Shown here one piece after another: positions 1 through 7,536 of a DNA stretch of 37,592 bases. A program made the position numbers and the translations under genes. The notes below the pieces were generated by a model. The model was not told where the DNA came from. It worked only from the letters and a program-made list of their open reading frames with translations, and searched no databases. The stretch is from Candidatus Iainarchaeum sp. (GTDB lineage: Archaea > Iainarchaeota > Iainarchaeia > Iainarchaeales > GCA-2688035), in contig JAFCCL010000011.1 in the NCBI GenBank assembly GCA_017610205.1, forward strand, positions 1 to 37,592. Direction: 5' to 3'. How positions within the stretch are numbered: position 1 is the stretch's first letter; each line of letters starts with the position of its first letter.

Positions 1-114
1 TTCCTACGAGGAATCAACCACAACATAAAACAACTCAACTATCTACACCACACAAAAAACATAGAGATATTCATCCCCATACTCAACGCTATCTAAGACT
101 TTTGTCCCAAAGCC
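1..114 (+). mobile_element. 3' end of an IS element (IS5-family-like): transposase C-terminus 1-96 plus 18-bp terminal inverted repeat 97-114
   Basis: Frame 1 reads FLRGINHNIKQLNYLHHTKNIEIFIPILNAI*, resembling a DDE transposase C-terminal helix. GACTTTTGTCCCAAAGCC follows the stop directly; its reverse complement GGCTTTGGGACAAAAGTC resembles the IS903-type end GGCTTTGTTGAATAAATC. An exact inverted copy lies at 37479-37592. Confidence 0.7.
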
Positions 115-118
115 TAGA

Positions 119-1123
119 ATGCCCTTAAAAATTAATGTGAATATTTCGAATAGGTCTCTTCATGTTTTAATTGCGTTAATTGTTGTTTCGCTTTTGGTTG
201 CTAGCGCTTTTGCCTATGACGGGATTGTGTTAAGCCTTGCCGGTCCATTCCCTAGTAGCATTCCTGCTGTTGGGCATTCTTCTGAGCAGATTGTGATAAA
301 CATGGGTGCTTCTACAGGTGACCCGTGTTCAGGTGATGTTACACTGCAATCTGCCCTGGACAACGATTGCTTTAGAGTATCAAACCCATTTATTCCTACC
401 TGCTCTGTTGGCGAAGTGTTAGAGGCAGATGCCAGCAACGAATGGCAATGTGTTCCGAAAGAAACAGTTGAACAAATTCTATGTGGTGTTGATGAATATC
501 TTAAGTTTGATGGAGATGACTGGCTGTGTGATTCAACAGGCCCTTGCAATGCAACCGATGCCTGTGTTGCCGTAACCTGTGTTGGAGAGTCCTGTAGTGA
601 CTCATGCGGAAATATTTATGCAGGCACGAAACCTGATGGAACTTGCTGTATTGATACCAGTTGGTCTCCTGTCACTTCAACTGTCTGTCCAGCTGTTACT
701 TTTACCCAGACAAGCAATTGCGGCAGAACAAGGTCTGCTTCCGGCACATCGACCAGCGGAAGCTGCTGTACTGACACAAGCTGGTCGCCTGCCACTTCAA
801 CTGTCTGTTCTGGCACAGCCTTTACCCAGACAAGCAATTGTAGCAGGACAAGAAGTGCAACAGGCACTAAGTCCTGTATTATACCAGGGGTGACGTATCT
901 TCGTTCTTACAATTCTAGTATTTCTGGTTGTACTAATTTGGGCAACTATACGCCTTGCCCCAGCGTAAACAGTGGTTCGTACAACTGCTTCCGATGTACA
1001 GCTAGTTATACCTTTGTTAGTTCTTACAATTCTAGTATTCCTGGTTGTATTAATATAGGTAATTATACTCCTTGTCCAAGTAATAGTAGTGGTTCGTACA
1101 ATTGCTTTATCTGCCCTAGCTAA
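119..1123 (+). CDS. Secreted/membrane-anchored cysteine-rich repeat surface protein
   Basis: N-terminal hydrophobic segment (LHVLIALIVVSLLVASAFA), many Cys, and two pairs of internal tandem repeats. Confidence 0.8.
   Translation: MPLKINVNISNRSLHVLIALIVVSLLVASAFAYDGIVLSLAGPFPSSIPAVGHSSEQIVINMGASTGDPCSGDVTLQSALDNDCFRVSNPFIPTCSVGEVLEADASNEWQCVPKETVEQILCGVDEYLKFDGDDWLCDSTGPCNATDACVAVTCVGESCSDSCGNIYAGTKPDGTCCIDTSWSPVTSTVCPAVTFTQTSNCGRTRSASGTSTSGSCCTDTSWSPATSTVCSGTAFTQTSNCSRTRSATGTKSCIIPGVTYLRSYNSSISGCTNLGNYTPCPSVNSGSYNCFRCTASYTFVSSYNSSIPGCINIGNYTPCPSNSSGSYNCFICPS
644..868 (+). repeat. Intragenic tandem repeat, 2 copies, 120-bp period (CCxDTSWSPxTSTVCxxxxFTQTSNCxRTRSAxGT)
   Basis: Copies start at 644 and 764; visible at DNA and protein level. 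Confidence 0.9.
904..1116 (+). repeat. Intragenic tandem repeat, 2 copies, 117-bp period (SYNSSIxGCxNxGNYTPCPSxxSGSYNCFxC)
   Basis: TTCTTACAATTCTAGTATT occurs at 904 and 1021, and the protein repeat is clear. Confidence 0.9.
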
Positions 1124-1176
1124 ATAATGCTTAAACTAGACTTCTACTTCCTCCAATTTTTTTGGAATGCTAAAAA

Positions 1177-2079
1177 TCAGACTTCAATCTCTTCCAAATC
1201 TTTTGGAACAACAACGTTGCCGAATTCCTGCCTTGCCTCGTTTTCAACGTCCTTGTTTTTCTTGTATCTTGGAGAAATGTGCACTAGCACAAGCTTTTTT
1301 GCTTTTGTCTGCTCTGCTACCCATGCAGCTTGCTTTGCAGTGCAGTGCTTTGTTTCTTTTGCCCTTGTAATGTGCTTTTCAAGAAAAGAGGATTCATGCA
1401 CCAGAACATCGGAATCTTTTATTGTGTCAAAGTAGGAATCGCTAGGCAGAGTGTCCATTACAATTGCAACTTTTTTTCCCTTTCTTCCATTTGAATAATC
1501 CATTACCTGTTCTGGCTTGAAGGCTTTTCCCTTTACCTTGACCTTTTCGCCTTTCTGCAGTTTGCTCCAAAGCGGTCCTTCCGGAATTCCAAGCTTTAAT
1601 GCCTTTTCCCGCTGAAATGTTCCAGCCTTGTCTTTTTCTTTGAATACATATCCAATGCATGGCACTCCATGCTTTAATGGGAATGAATCAATTTCGTACT
1701 TTTCCTCTTTGCATACTTTGCCTTTGCCAACCTCCTTAACACGAATTTCAAAGTTTTTGCGCATTAGTGCAAGGTCCATTATTTTTTCAATTTCTTTTTT
1801 TGTTCCCTTTGGCCCATAAACATAAAGTGGAACGTCTCTTTCATGCATTGCCATTGTTGCAATCAACCCAGGCAATCCAAGTACGTGGTCTGCATGAAAA
1901 TGGCTTAAGAAAATTGAGTGAATGCGCATATAGCTCACGCCTGATTTCATCATCTGCCTTTGGGTTCCTTCAGGGCAGTCAAAAAGAAACCAGTTTCCTT
2001 CAAATTGCAAAGCAGTGGCTGTCAAATTCCTTTCCACTGTGGGGTTTGAACAGCTTGTTCCAAGGACAACTAAACGCAT
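1177..2079 (-). CDS. rnz: Ribonuclease Z
   Basis: LGTS, DCPEGTQRQ and SHFHADH metallo-beta-lactamase motifs, the GIPEGPLW flexible arm, HES and HISPRY. Confidence 0.97.
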   Translation of the reverse strand: MRLVVLGTSCSNPTVERNLTATALQFEGNWFLFDCPEGTQRQMMKSGVSYMRIHSIFLSHFHADHVLGLPGLIATMAMHERDVPLYVYGPKGTKKEIEKIMDLALMRKNFEIRVKEVGKGKVCKEEKYEIDSFPLKHGVPCIGYVFKEKDKAGTFQREKALKLGIPEGPLWSKLQKGEKVKVKGKAFKPEQVMDYSNGRKGKKVAIVMDTLPSDSYFDTIKDSDVLVHESSFLEKHITRAKETKHCTAKQAAWVAEQTKAKKLVLVHISPRYKKNKDVENEARQEFGNVVVPKDLEEIEV

Positions 2080-2188
2080 TTAAACCACTAAACAAAAGAG
2101 TGTGGAAATATTTAAAATGGGCTTTTTTCACTGTTTGCCTTATCTTTTCAATAACCTTTTAAATTCCAATTTATATATGTAATACTGT

Positions 2189-3205
2189 ATGTCAAGTTCA
2201 AAAACTGCAAAAACTAAAAGCACTGCTTTTGTTCCTGTTCCTCCAAGAATAATTGACCAGGTTGTTGGACAGGAGAAAAGTGTTGCCTTGCTTAAAAAAG
2301 CTGCTGTGCAGAAGAGAAATGTTTTGCTTATTGGAATTCCTGGAACAGGAAAGAGCATGCTTGCACAGGCAATGGCTGAAATAATGCCTGTTTCAAGGCT
2401 TCATGATGTTTTAATTTATCCAAATCCTGCCGATCAAAACAATCCAAAGGTAAGAGTTGTAAAGGCAGGTTCTGGAAAAAAGATTTTGCAAAAGACAAGG
2501 CTTGAAGCAAAAAAGCAGGATGACAACATGCGTCTGCTTAGTTTTTTGCTTCCAATGGGTGCGTTCATTCTTTCACTTGTAATCTGGCAGCTTGGATGGG
2601 TTCCTGATGTTGTTTTTGCTGCCTTGCTTTTGCTTGACGGTCTTTTGATGATTGGTTTTGGTCTTGGAATGCAGATGAAACCGCGTGGTGTAAAACACAC
2701 TCCAAAGCTTTTGATTGACAATGCCTCAAAAAAAACTGCCCCATTCCTTGAAGCAACAGGGGCAAGGGCTGGTTCCCTTCTTGGAGATGTGCGCCATGAC
2801 CCGCTTCAATCGTTGATTGACGAAGTTAGATTTGTTGTTTGCCGTGCCGGTCTTGAGGAAAAGATTTCCTTTGAAAACTTATGGAAAGAAATGGCAACAA
2901 AATATCCTGAGTTAATTGAAAAACATGAGAAAGGCTATGAGGCAATGGTTTTCCCAAGAGAAGAAGCAGTTTTTGTTTATGGTGTCAATGATAGAAAAGA
3001 GATTGTCAAGTCAAGAATCTATTCAATGAACAGAAAGCCTTATGATGATGAAGTGGTTGAAGTTTCTGTTGGTGAATCAAAAGTTACCTTAACCCCTGAA
3101 CATAGTGTTATAACTAAAAAGGGTGACAGAAAAGCCGAAAAACTTTCCAAGGACGATGAGCTAATTAAAATAGTTAAGCTTGAGCTTGCAAAAGCTTTCA
3201 GTTGA
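2189..3205 (+). CDS. lonB: LonB protease N-terminal half (aa 1-207) fused to N-terminal split-intein fragment (aa 208-338)
   Basis: IIDQVVGQE, Walker A GIPGTGKS, two transmembrane helices, and GSLLGDVRHDPLQ. Lon similarity stops there and intein-like sequence with block B TPEH follows. Confidence 0.93.
   Translation: MSSSKTAKTKSTAFVPVPPRIIDQVVGQEKSVALLKKAAVQKRNVLLIGIPGTGKSMLAQAMAEIMPVSRLHDVLIYPNPADQNNPKVRVVKAGSGKKILQKTRLEAKKQDDNMRLLSFLLPMGAFILSLVIWQLGWVPDVVFAALLLLDGLLMIGFGLGMQMKPRGVKHTPKLLIDNASKKTAPFLEATGARAGSLLGDVRHDPLQSLIDEVRFVVCRAGLEEKISFENLWKEMATKYPELIEKHEKGYEAMVFPREEAVFVYGVNDRKEIVKSRIYSMNRKPYDDEVVEVSVGESKVTLTPEHSVITKKGDRKAEKLSKDDELIKIVKLELAKAFS
2810..3202 (+). other. Split intein N-fragment (IntN, 131 aa, starts with Ser1)
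   Basis: Begins S-LIDEVRF directly after DVRHDPLQ, a known archaeal LonB intein site (HDPxQ/SGGLGTP). Contains VTLTPEHSVIT (block B TxxH) and KAEKLSKDD, a typical Hint N-domain end. Confidence 0.88.
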
Positions 3206-3385
3206 AAAAAGCTCACCACCTCCACTATCGGAATTTTTTCTTACGACTTGTGTGTTGTTCGGCTTAAACCTTTGCACATCTAATTCTTGTTCTATTAGTG
3301 CAAAGGATTTAATGCCTCCAACGCACTACCGTCTCCAGAAAAAATTTCGAAATCTTTTGGAGGTGGTTCGGTTTGATTTTTTCAA
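3202..3385 (+). ncRNA. ~185-nt rod-like imperfect hairpin (structured RNA or MITE-like insertion), family unknown
   Basis: Nested pairings: TTGAAAAAA/TTTTTTCAA, ACCACCTCCA/TGGAGGTGGT, CGGAATTTTTTCT/AGAAAAAATTTCG, GAC/GTC, GTGTGTTG/CAACGCAC, GGC/GCC, TTAAA/TTTAA, CCTTTGCAC/GTGCAAAGG, TAAT/ATTA. The mismatches within stems read as G-U pairs on the + strand. Confidence 0.55.
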
Positions 3386-3499
3386 AAAATTTAAATTCTT
3401 CAAGTGGAGGAAGTTTAAAAAGGCTTTATAAATTTTCACCGGAAACCCGCTCTTTGCAAAGCGGCTTAAAAGCAAAAAAACAAAAATCTTACGAGTTCT

Positions 3500-4481
3500 A
3501 TGTTACTTGTTAGTGAACAAGATATAATCAATACTTATTCAGAGAAGGAACAACTCTCTTGCAAAAAATATTCTAAGTACAAAGAGTTAATCAAAGAAAA
3601 CCCTTCGTTTGGCTATAAACGTTGTGCAAAGTTACTGGGCGTTCCGCAGGGAAGGACAAGATGGTGGCATGCCAAGGGGGAAAAGAAAGCAGTTCCTTTG
3701 GCTTTGAAAACAGTCAAAAAACTTAAGTAGAAGGGCTTTCTACCTTTTTATACAAGCCATAAGCACTGCATATCTATTCTAAGAATTCTTGGTGTTCTTT
3801 TTGGTGACGGAGGTATTGACAGAAGGCTTAACACCCTAGCCTTCATTTCAGCAGACAAAAGAGATATTGACTTGTGGGGGAAAGACTTGCTGGAAATCTT
3901 CCCTTTTCTTTCAAACAAGATAAATTTGACTGAGGGGGGAGAGTATGGCCACTCCTACAACATCAGAACCTTTGATAGGAATGTCATCAGATTCTTTGTC
4001 GCACTTGGCACTCCTGTTGGAGATAAGGTTGCAATAAAGTATACTCTTCCGAAATACATTTCGAAACTGTCCGGGAACCACAAAATAGCTTTTCTAGATG
4101 GTTTGCTTTCTTCTGAAGTTTCAGTCACCACTTTTCGTGAAGACACGCGGGAACCGGAAAAGACGTTTCACAAATTTTGCTTTGGGATTAAGTAAGATAG
4201 ACTCTCTTGAACAAGAACACAAAAACTATCTTGAAAATTTAAAGAAATTATGTGCTTCAATTAACTTAACTTGTACTCCCAATTTGAGAAAAGAAACCAG
4301 CAAAATAAACCAGAGAAAGGACGGCCACCTGAGTTGCTGTTACCGAATCTTCTTTCAAACTCATTTTGAAAAAGTGATAAAATTCAACAAATCTTTCCCG
4401 TTAAGATATTGTCAGGACAAAAAGGAGCGCTTGCAGAAGGAAATAGAATTTGCATTAAAATACAAAAACGTAGGCAGCTAA
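3500..4481 (+). pseudogene. Free-standing intein-type LAGLIDADG homing endonuclease, disrupted by an in-frame TAG (3728-3730) and a frameshift near 4150
   Basis: Reading through the TAG gives KGFLPF...ILGVLFGDGGI (motif 1), in frame with ORF 3872, which carries AFLDGLLSSEVS (motif 2). The C-terminal part continues in the frame of ORF 4098-4481. An HTH-like GYKRCAKLLGVP lies near the N-terminus. Confidence 0.85.
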
Positions 4482-4615
4482 TCCGGCTTCCTAATCAAAT
4501 GAATAGTGGGTGTAAATTCTCAGCAGGTGTTAATATCATCATTGCCTGTTAGACAATATAAAAGATAAATGATTTAATTGTTGGCTTTCAATCTTTTGTT
4601 TTAACTTGCTTTAGA

Positions 4616-5061
4616 TTACTCGATTTTTGTTATTGTTTTGCTTTGTTTGTATTTTTTCCAGTAGTCTTTGAATTGTTCTTTCGTGGATTCTTTTATCCAT
4701 TTTCTTCCAAGTCGTTTTGATTTCTGAATGAATTCTTTTGTAAGGTGTTTTGATGCCGGGCACTTTGTTTCTATTACAAGGAAATTTCTCCCATCTCGTT
4801 GTAGATTGGATCTATTGGGTAAAGAATGCAATCAATTGGTTTTGCATGCTGGATTGAACACTTGCCTCTTTTAAAGTATTTGCAGAAGCCCTTTTCTTTC
4901 CGTGTAACGTAATATCCAAGAGCTTCTTTTTTGAAGTAGTCTTTTTTGGTCTTTTTAAGGATTTTTTCTTTTTCTTTCTCGGATACTCTTGGCGTTCCTT
5001 TGCAACAGTTAACTTTGCAGTTTTTGCAGTAAGAGTAGAGGCTTAATTTTTCTGAGAGCAT
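4616..5061 (-). pseudogene. YkgJ-family (Zn/Fe-chelating cysteine-cluster) protein, split by a 1-nt frameshift near 4780
   Basis: CKNCKVNCC...CKYF...CSIQHAKPIDCILYP in 4774-5061. The expected continuation LVIETKCPAS... is in the adjacent frame (ORF 4616-4831). Confidence 0.7.
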
Positions 5062-5403
5062 TCACAGATACTCCTTGAATTTGTTGCTTTTGTCAACTAA
5101 AACAATTTTTGGCTTAATTTTTTCGTCAGTCACTGCAAAGGCTAATATAATAAGCAAATCTTCTCGCTTTCCTTTTAGGGCTCCTCCGCCGTATAACTCG
5201 ATTTTGCCACTATCTTGGTCTAAAGGATCAACATAGGTTTCCCATCGCTCGCCGTTTGAAAGGTTTACAACTAAAACCTTTTCGCCAGCCCAAATGTCGG
5301 CTTTCTCTATCAAGTCAGCATCGATGCCAATGCCTTCAATGTAGTCCTTGTTTGAACCAGTGACAGTTGTCCTGTGAATCTTGGATTTGCAAAGAATTCT
5401 CAT
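5062..5403 (-). CDS. panD: Aspartate 1-decarboxylase-like protein lacking the Gly-Ser self-cleavage site
   Basis: MRILCKSKIHRTTVT...GEKVLVVNLSNGERWETYV...PKIVLVDKSN. The ATG at 5403 overlaps the stop of the upstream ATPase (ATGA). YIEGIGID replaces YxGSxxID. Confidence 0.85.
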   Translation of the reverse strand: MRILCKSKIHRTTVTGSNKDYIEGIGIDADLIEKADIWAGEKVLVVNLSNGERWETYVDPLDQDSGKIELYGGGALKGKREDLLIILAFAVTDEKIKPKIVLVDKSNKFKEYL

Positions 5404-6710
5404 GCTTTCACCTCCTTTTCTAACAGCCATTTCCATAGTGGAATGAAGTTTATTCCATTTTCTTTTTTTTCTGTGTTTTTTGTTATTAGTGTGAGTTTTT
5501 TTGTTTTGTTTTTTTGTTTTTTGAATTCCTGCAGGCCTTTTATTTCTCTTTCGTTTATCTCATCTGTGTAGGATACGTTTATTGCTTCAAGCGAGTTGTC
5601 TGCTTTTTTTATTACAAAGTCCACTTCGTTTTTGTTTTTCCAATAGTATGTTTCTAGGTTTCTTCTTTTGAGTTCCAGAAGCACTGTGTTTTCTGCAAGT
5701 TTTCCTTCGTCCTTTGAGAATTTGAATGCAACTGCGTTTCTTAGTCCGTTGTCTATGCAGTATATTTTGCTTGGCCTAGTTTTTTGTTCTTTTAGCGAGT
5801 AAGAGAAATGATTTATTTCAAAGAAAAGAAATGCTTCTAAGTAGTAGCCAAGATATTCTTTTATTTGGCCGTATGATAAGTCTGTTGTTTCTCTTAAGCT
5901 TCTTAGCGAGGTTTTTCCTGTTACATTGGTTGCAAGGTATTTTGCTAGTTCTTTTGGCTTCCGGCTTTTTATGTTGAACCTGTCAACCACATCTTTGAAT
6001 ATTATGTCTTCAAAGTAGTTTGTAAGCACAAGCCTTTTTTGTTTTGGGTCTTTGAAGAATATTTCCGGAAAGCCACCTTCTTCAAGGTAGTTTTCTAGTG
6101 CGTTTTGTATTTTGAATCTGTCTTGTTTGGAGACAATGCCCTTTTCAAGCATCTTTTTGTCTGGACTTAGTCTTGAAAACTTTATAAATTCTTTGAAGCC
6201 GAGCGGCATTATTTCAAACGAAACTATTCTTCCTGTTAGTAGCGTGGAATATTCTTTTTTGAGCAAGTGTGAGGAGCTTCCTGACACAACGAATTTTGCA
6301 TCTGTTCTCAAATCATATTTTTTTCTTAGCCATTTTTCCCATCCCTGCTTTTTTTGCACTTCGTCAAGGAAAATGAATGCTTTCCTGTCTTGATTTATTT
6401 TCTGTTTGTATTCTTCGTAAAGCTCTTCAATAGGTTTTTCGCAAAGAGCCTCGTCCTCAAAATTCACGAGCAAGATATTTTTTGGGTCTGTTCCTTTCTC
6501 AATCAGCTGTCTGGCCATTTGGTACATTATTGTGCTTTTGCCAGAGCGCCTTACACCGGTTATTACAGTGGTTTCTCTTAAATCCAGTGTATCAAGAATG
6601 TTTTTGTATTCTGGTCTTTCTATTCCAGAGAGCTCTTCAAGAGCCTCTTTTTTTTCAAACCACCACGGATTCCATTCGCCCAAAACATCAATTAATGCCA
6701 AAAACAACAC
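5400..6710 (-). CDS. AAA+ superfamily ATPase (AAA_14 + DUF4143 type)
   Basis: WNPWW, Walker A GVRRSGKST, Walker B FLDEVQ, SGSSS, LTGR, GGFPE, KIYCIDNGL and a C-terminal EVDFV motif. Confidence 0.92.
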   Translation of the reverse strand: MLFLALIDVLGEWNPWWFEKKEALEELSGIERPEYKNILDTLDLRETTVITGVRRSGKSTIMYQMARQLIEKGTDPKNILLVNFEDEALCEKPIEELYEEYKQKINQDRKAFIFLDEVQKKQGWEKWLRKKYDLRTDAKFVVSGSSSHLLKKEYSTLLTGRIVSFEIMPLGFKEFIKFSRLSPDKKMLEKGIVSKQDRFKIQNALENYLEEGGFPEIFFKDPKQKRLVLTNYFEDIIFKDVVDRFNIKSRKPKELAKYLATNVTGKTSLRSLRETTDLSYGQIKEYLGYYLEAFLFFEINHFSYSLKEQKTRPSKIYCIDNGLRNAVAFKFSKDEGKLAENTVLLELKRRNLETYYWKNKNEVDFVIKKADNSLEAINVSYTDEINEREIKGLQEFKKQKNKTKKLTLITKNTEKKENGINFIPLWKWLLEKEVKA

Positions 6711-6717
6711 CTAAAAA

Positions 6718-6770
6718 TGTTACTAAATTTAGTAACAAACTATTTATAAATGTTACTAAAACAAGTAACC
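6718..6770 (-). promoter_or_regulatory. Promoter of the ATPase operon: TATA box flanked by two palindromic operator-like sites
   Basis: Perfect 20-bp palindrome TGTTACTAAA/TTTAGTAACA (6718-6737) and an imperfect copy TGTTACTAAAACAAGTAACC (6751-6770), with TTTATAAA between them. Confidence 0.7.
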
Positions 6771-6848
6771 TTCTGTAAGGGGGTGCATCTTCTATATTGT
6801 GCGTTTGTTGTTAACCTCATCATTGCCTATAGAAATGTATAGGAGATA

Positions 6849-7184
6849 ATGCTTAAAACAGTGGCTATTTTTTTGTTTTCCGTTTCTGAGGCCCCTGGGA
6901 TAAAGTCCATTCTGTATTCTTTTGAAACTTGCGTTGAGGGTTTACAAGCGTTTCTTACAATTCAAAAGGCACTGAATTCTGGTAAGCGAGTGTTGCTGAA
7001 ATATTATTTCATGAGCAGCGGACTGACTGAAAGAGAGATAAGCCCTGTTTCGCTGAATTCAAGGTATCTTAATGCTTTTTGCTATTTAAGGAATGAAGAG
7101 CGTCAGTTCAGAGTTGGTAGGATTGTTAGCACAAAAATGTTGAAGAAGAGTGTGTTGTATGAGAAAGAAAAATCCAAGCACTAA
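6849..7184 (+). CDS. Stand-alone or truncated WYL-domain protein (start uncertain)
   Basis: IQKALNSGKRVLLKY...TEREISPVSL...YLNAFCYLRNEERQFRVGRI fits the WYL consensus (R.I.P, YL.AFC..R.E.R.FR..RI). Confidence 0.75.
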   Translation: MLKTVAIFLFSVSEAPGIKSILYSFETCVEGLQAFLTIQKALNSGKRVLLKYYFMSSGLTEREISPVSLNSRYLNAFCYLRNEERQFRVGRIVSTKMLKKSVLYEKEKSKH

Positions 7185-7476
7185 AAAATACCACATTAGC
7201 AGAATAGTTCACTGGTATTTTGGTAACTATTGCGCGATAAAATGCCACGATAATGAAAAACAACTTTTTGAATGTCAACAAAAGCTTGAAGAATTTGCAA
7301 ACAAGTTCAATGACTTTCTTACTCATCAAGAGTTTCTTGACCTGTTTGAAAACCATATCTCAATTTGCAAGCTGCCAAAAGAAGAGCGCAGGAAATACAT
7401 CACCTGGAAGACATTTGCAAGATTGCAGCAGGAAAAGAATCCTTGTCCAGTTTGCAAAAAGTTTGGAATTTATTGA
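7159..7476 (+). CDS. Small hypothetical protein with Cys/His motifs (CAIKCH, C-terminal CPVC)
   Basis: Open frame with ATG at 7159 overlapping the WYL ORF end; possible Zn binding. Confidence 0.5.
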   Translation: MRKKNPSTKKYHISRIVHWYFGNYCAIKCHDNEKQLFECQQKLEEFANKFNDFLTHQEFLDLFENHISICKLPKEERRKYITWKTFARLQQEKNPCPVCKKFGIY

Positions 7477-7506
7477 AGCAAGCAATGCCTAATCAAAAGC
7501 TAACAA

Positions 7507-7513
7507 TTTAAAC
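7507..7513 (+). promoter_or_regulatory. TATA box for a probably leaderless IntC-LonC transcript
   Basis: TTTAAAC lies 24-30 nt upstream of the ATG at 7537, the canonical archaeal spacing. Confidence 0.55.
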
Positions 7514-7536
7514 CCTTTCCAACATTACTTTTTTCA

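Noticed and set aside
644-1116. Diversity-generating retroelement VR/TR pair
   Set aside because: The repeats are in-frame tandem modules, mismatches are not confined to adenines, and there is no reverse transcriptase in the window.
3180-3431. 83-aa ORF following LonN
   Set aside because: No ATG start, no recognisable motif, and it coincides with the long hairpin.
3202-3499. Group I/II or BHB intron restoring a contiguous IntN-HEN frame
   Set aside because: I could not identify group I/II core motifs or a clear bulge-helix-bulge. An in-frame TAA at 3467 remains downstream of the hairpin, and the HEN and cargo would still separate IntC.
3728-3730. TAG read-through or alternative genetic code
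   Set aside because: TAG ends the DUF99 gene normally, and the same HEN ORF also has a frameshift, so decay is the simpler explanation.
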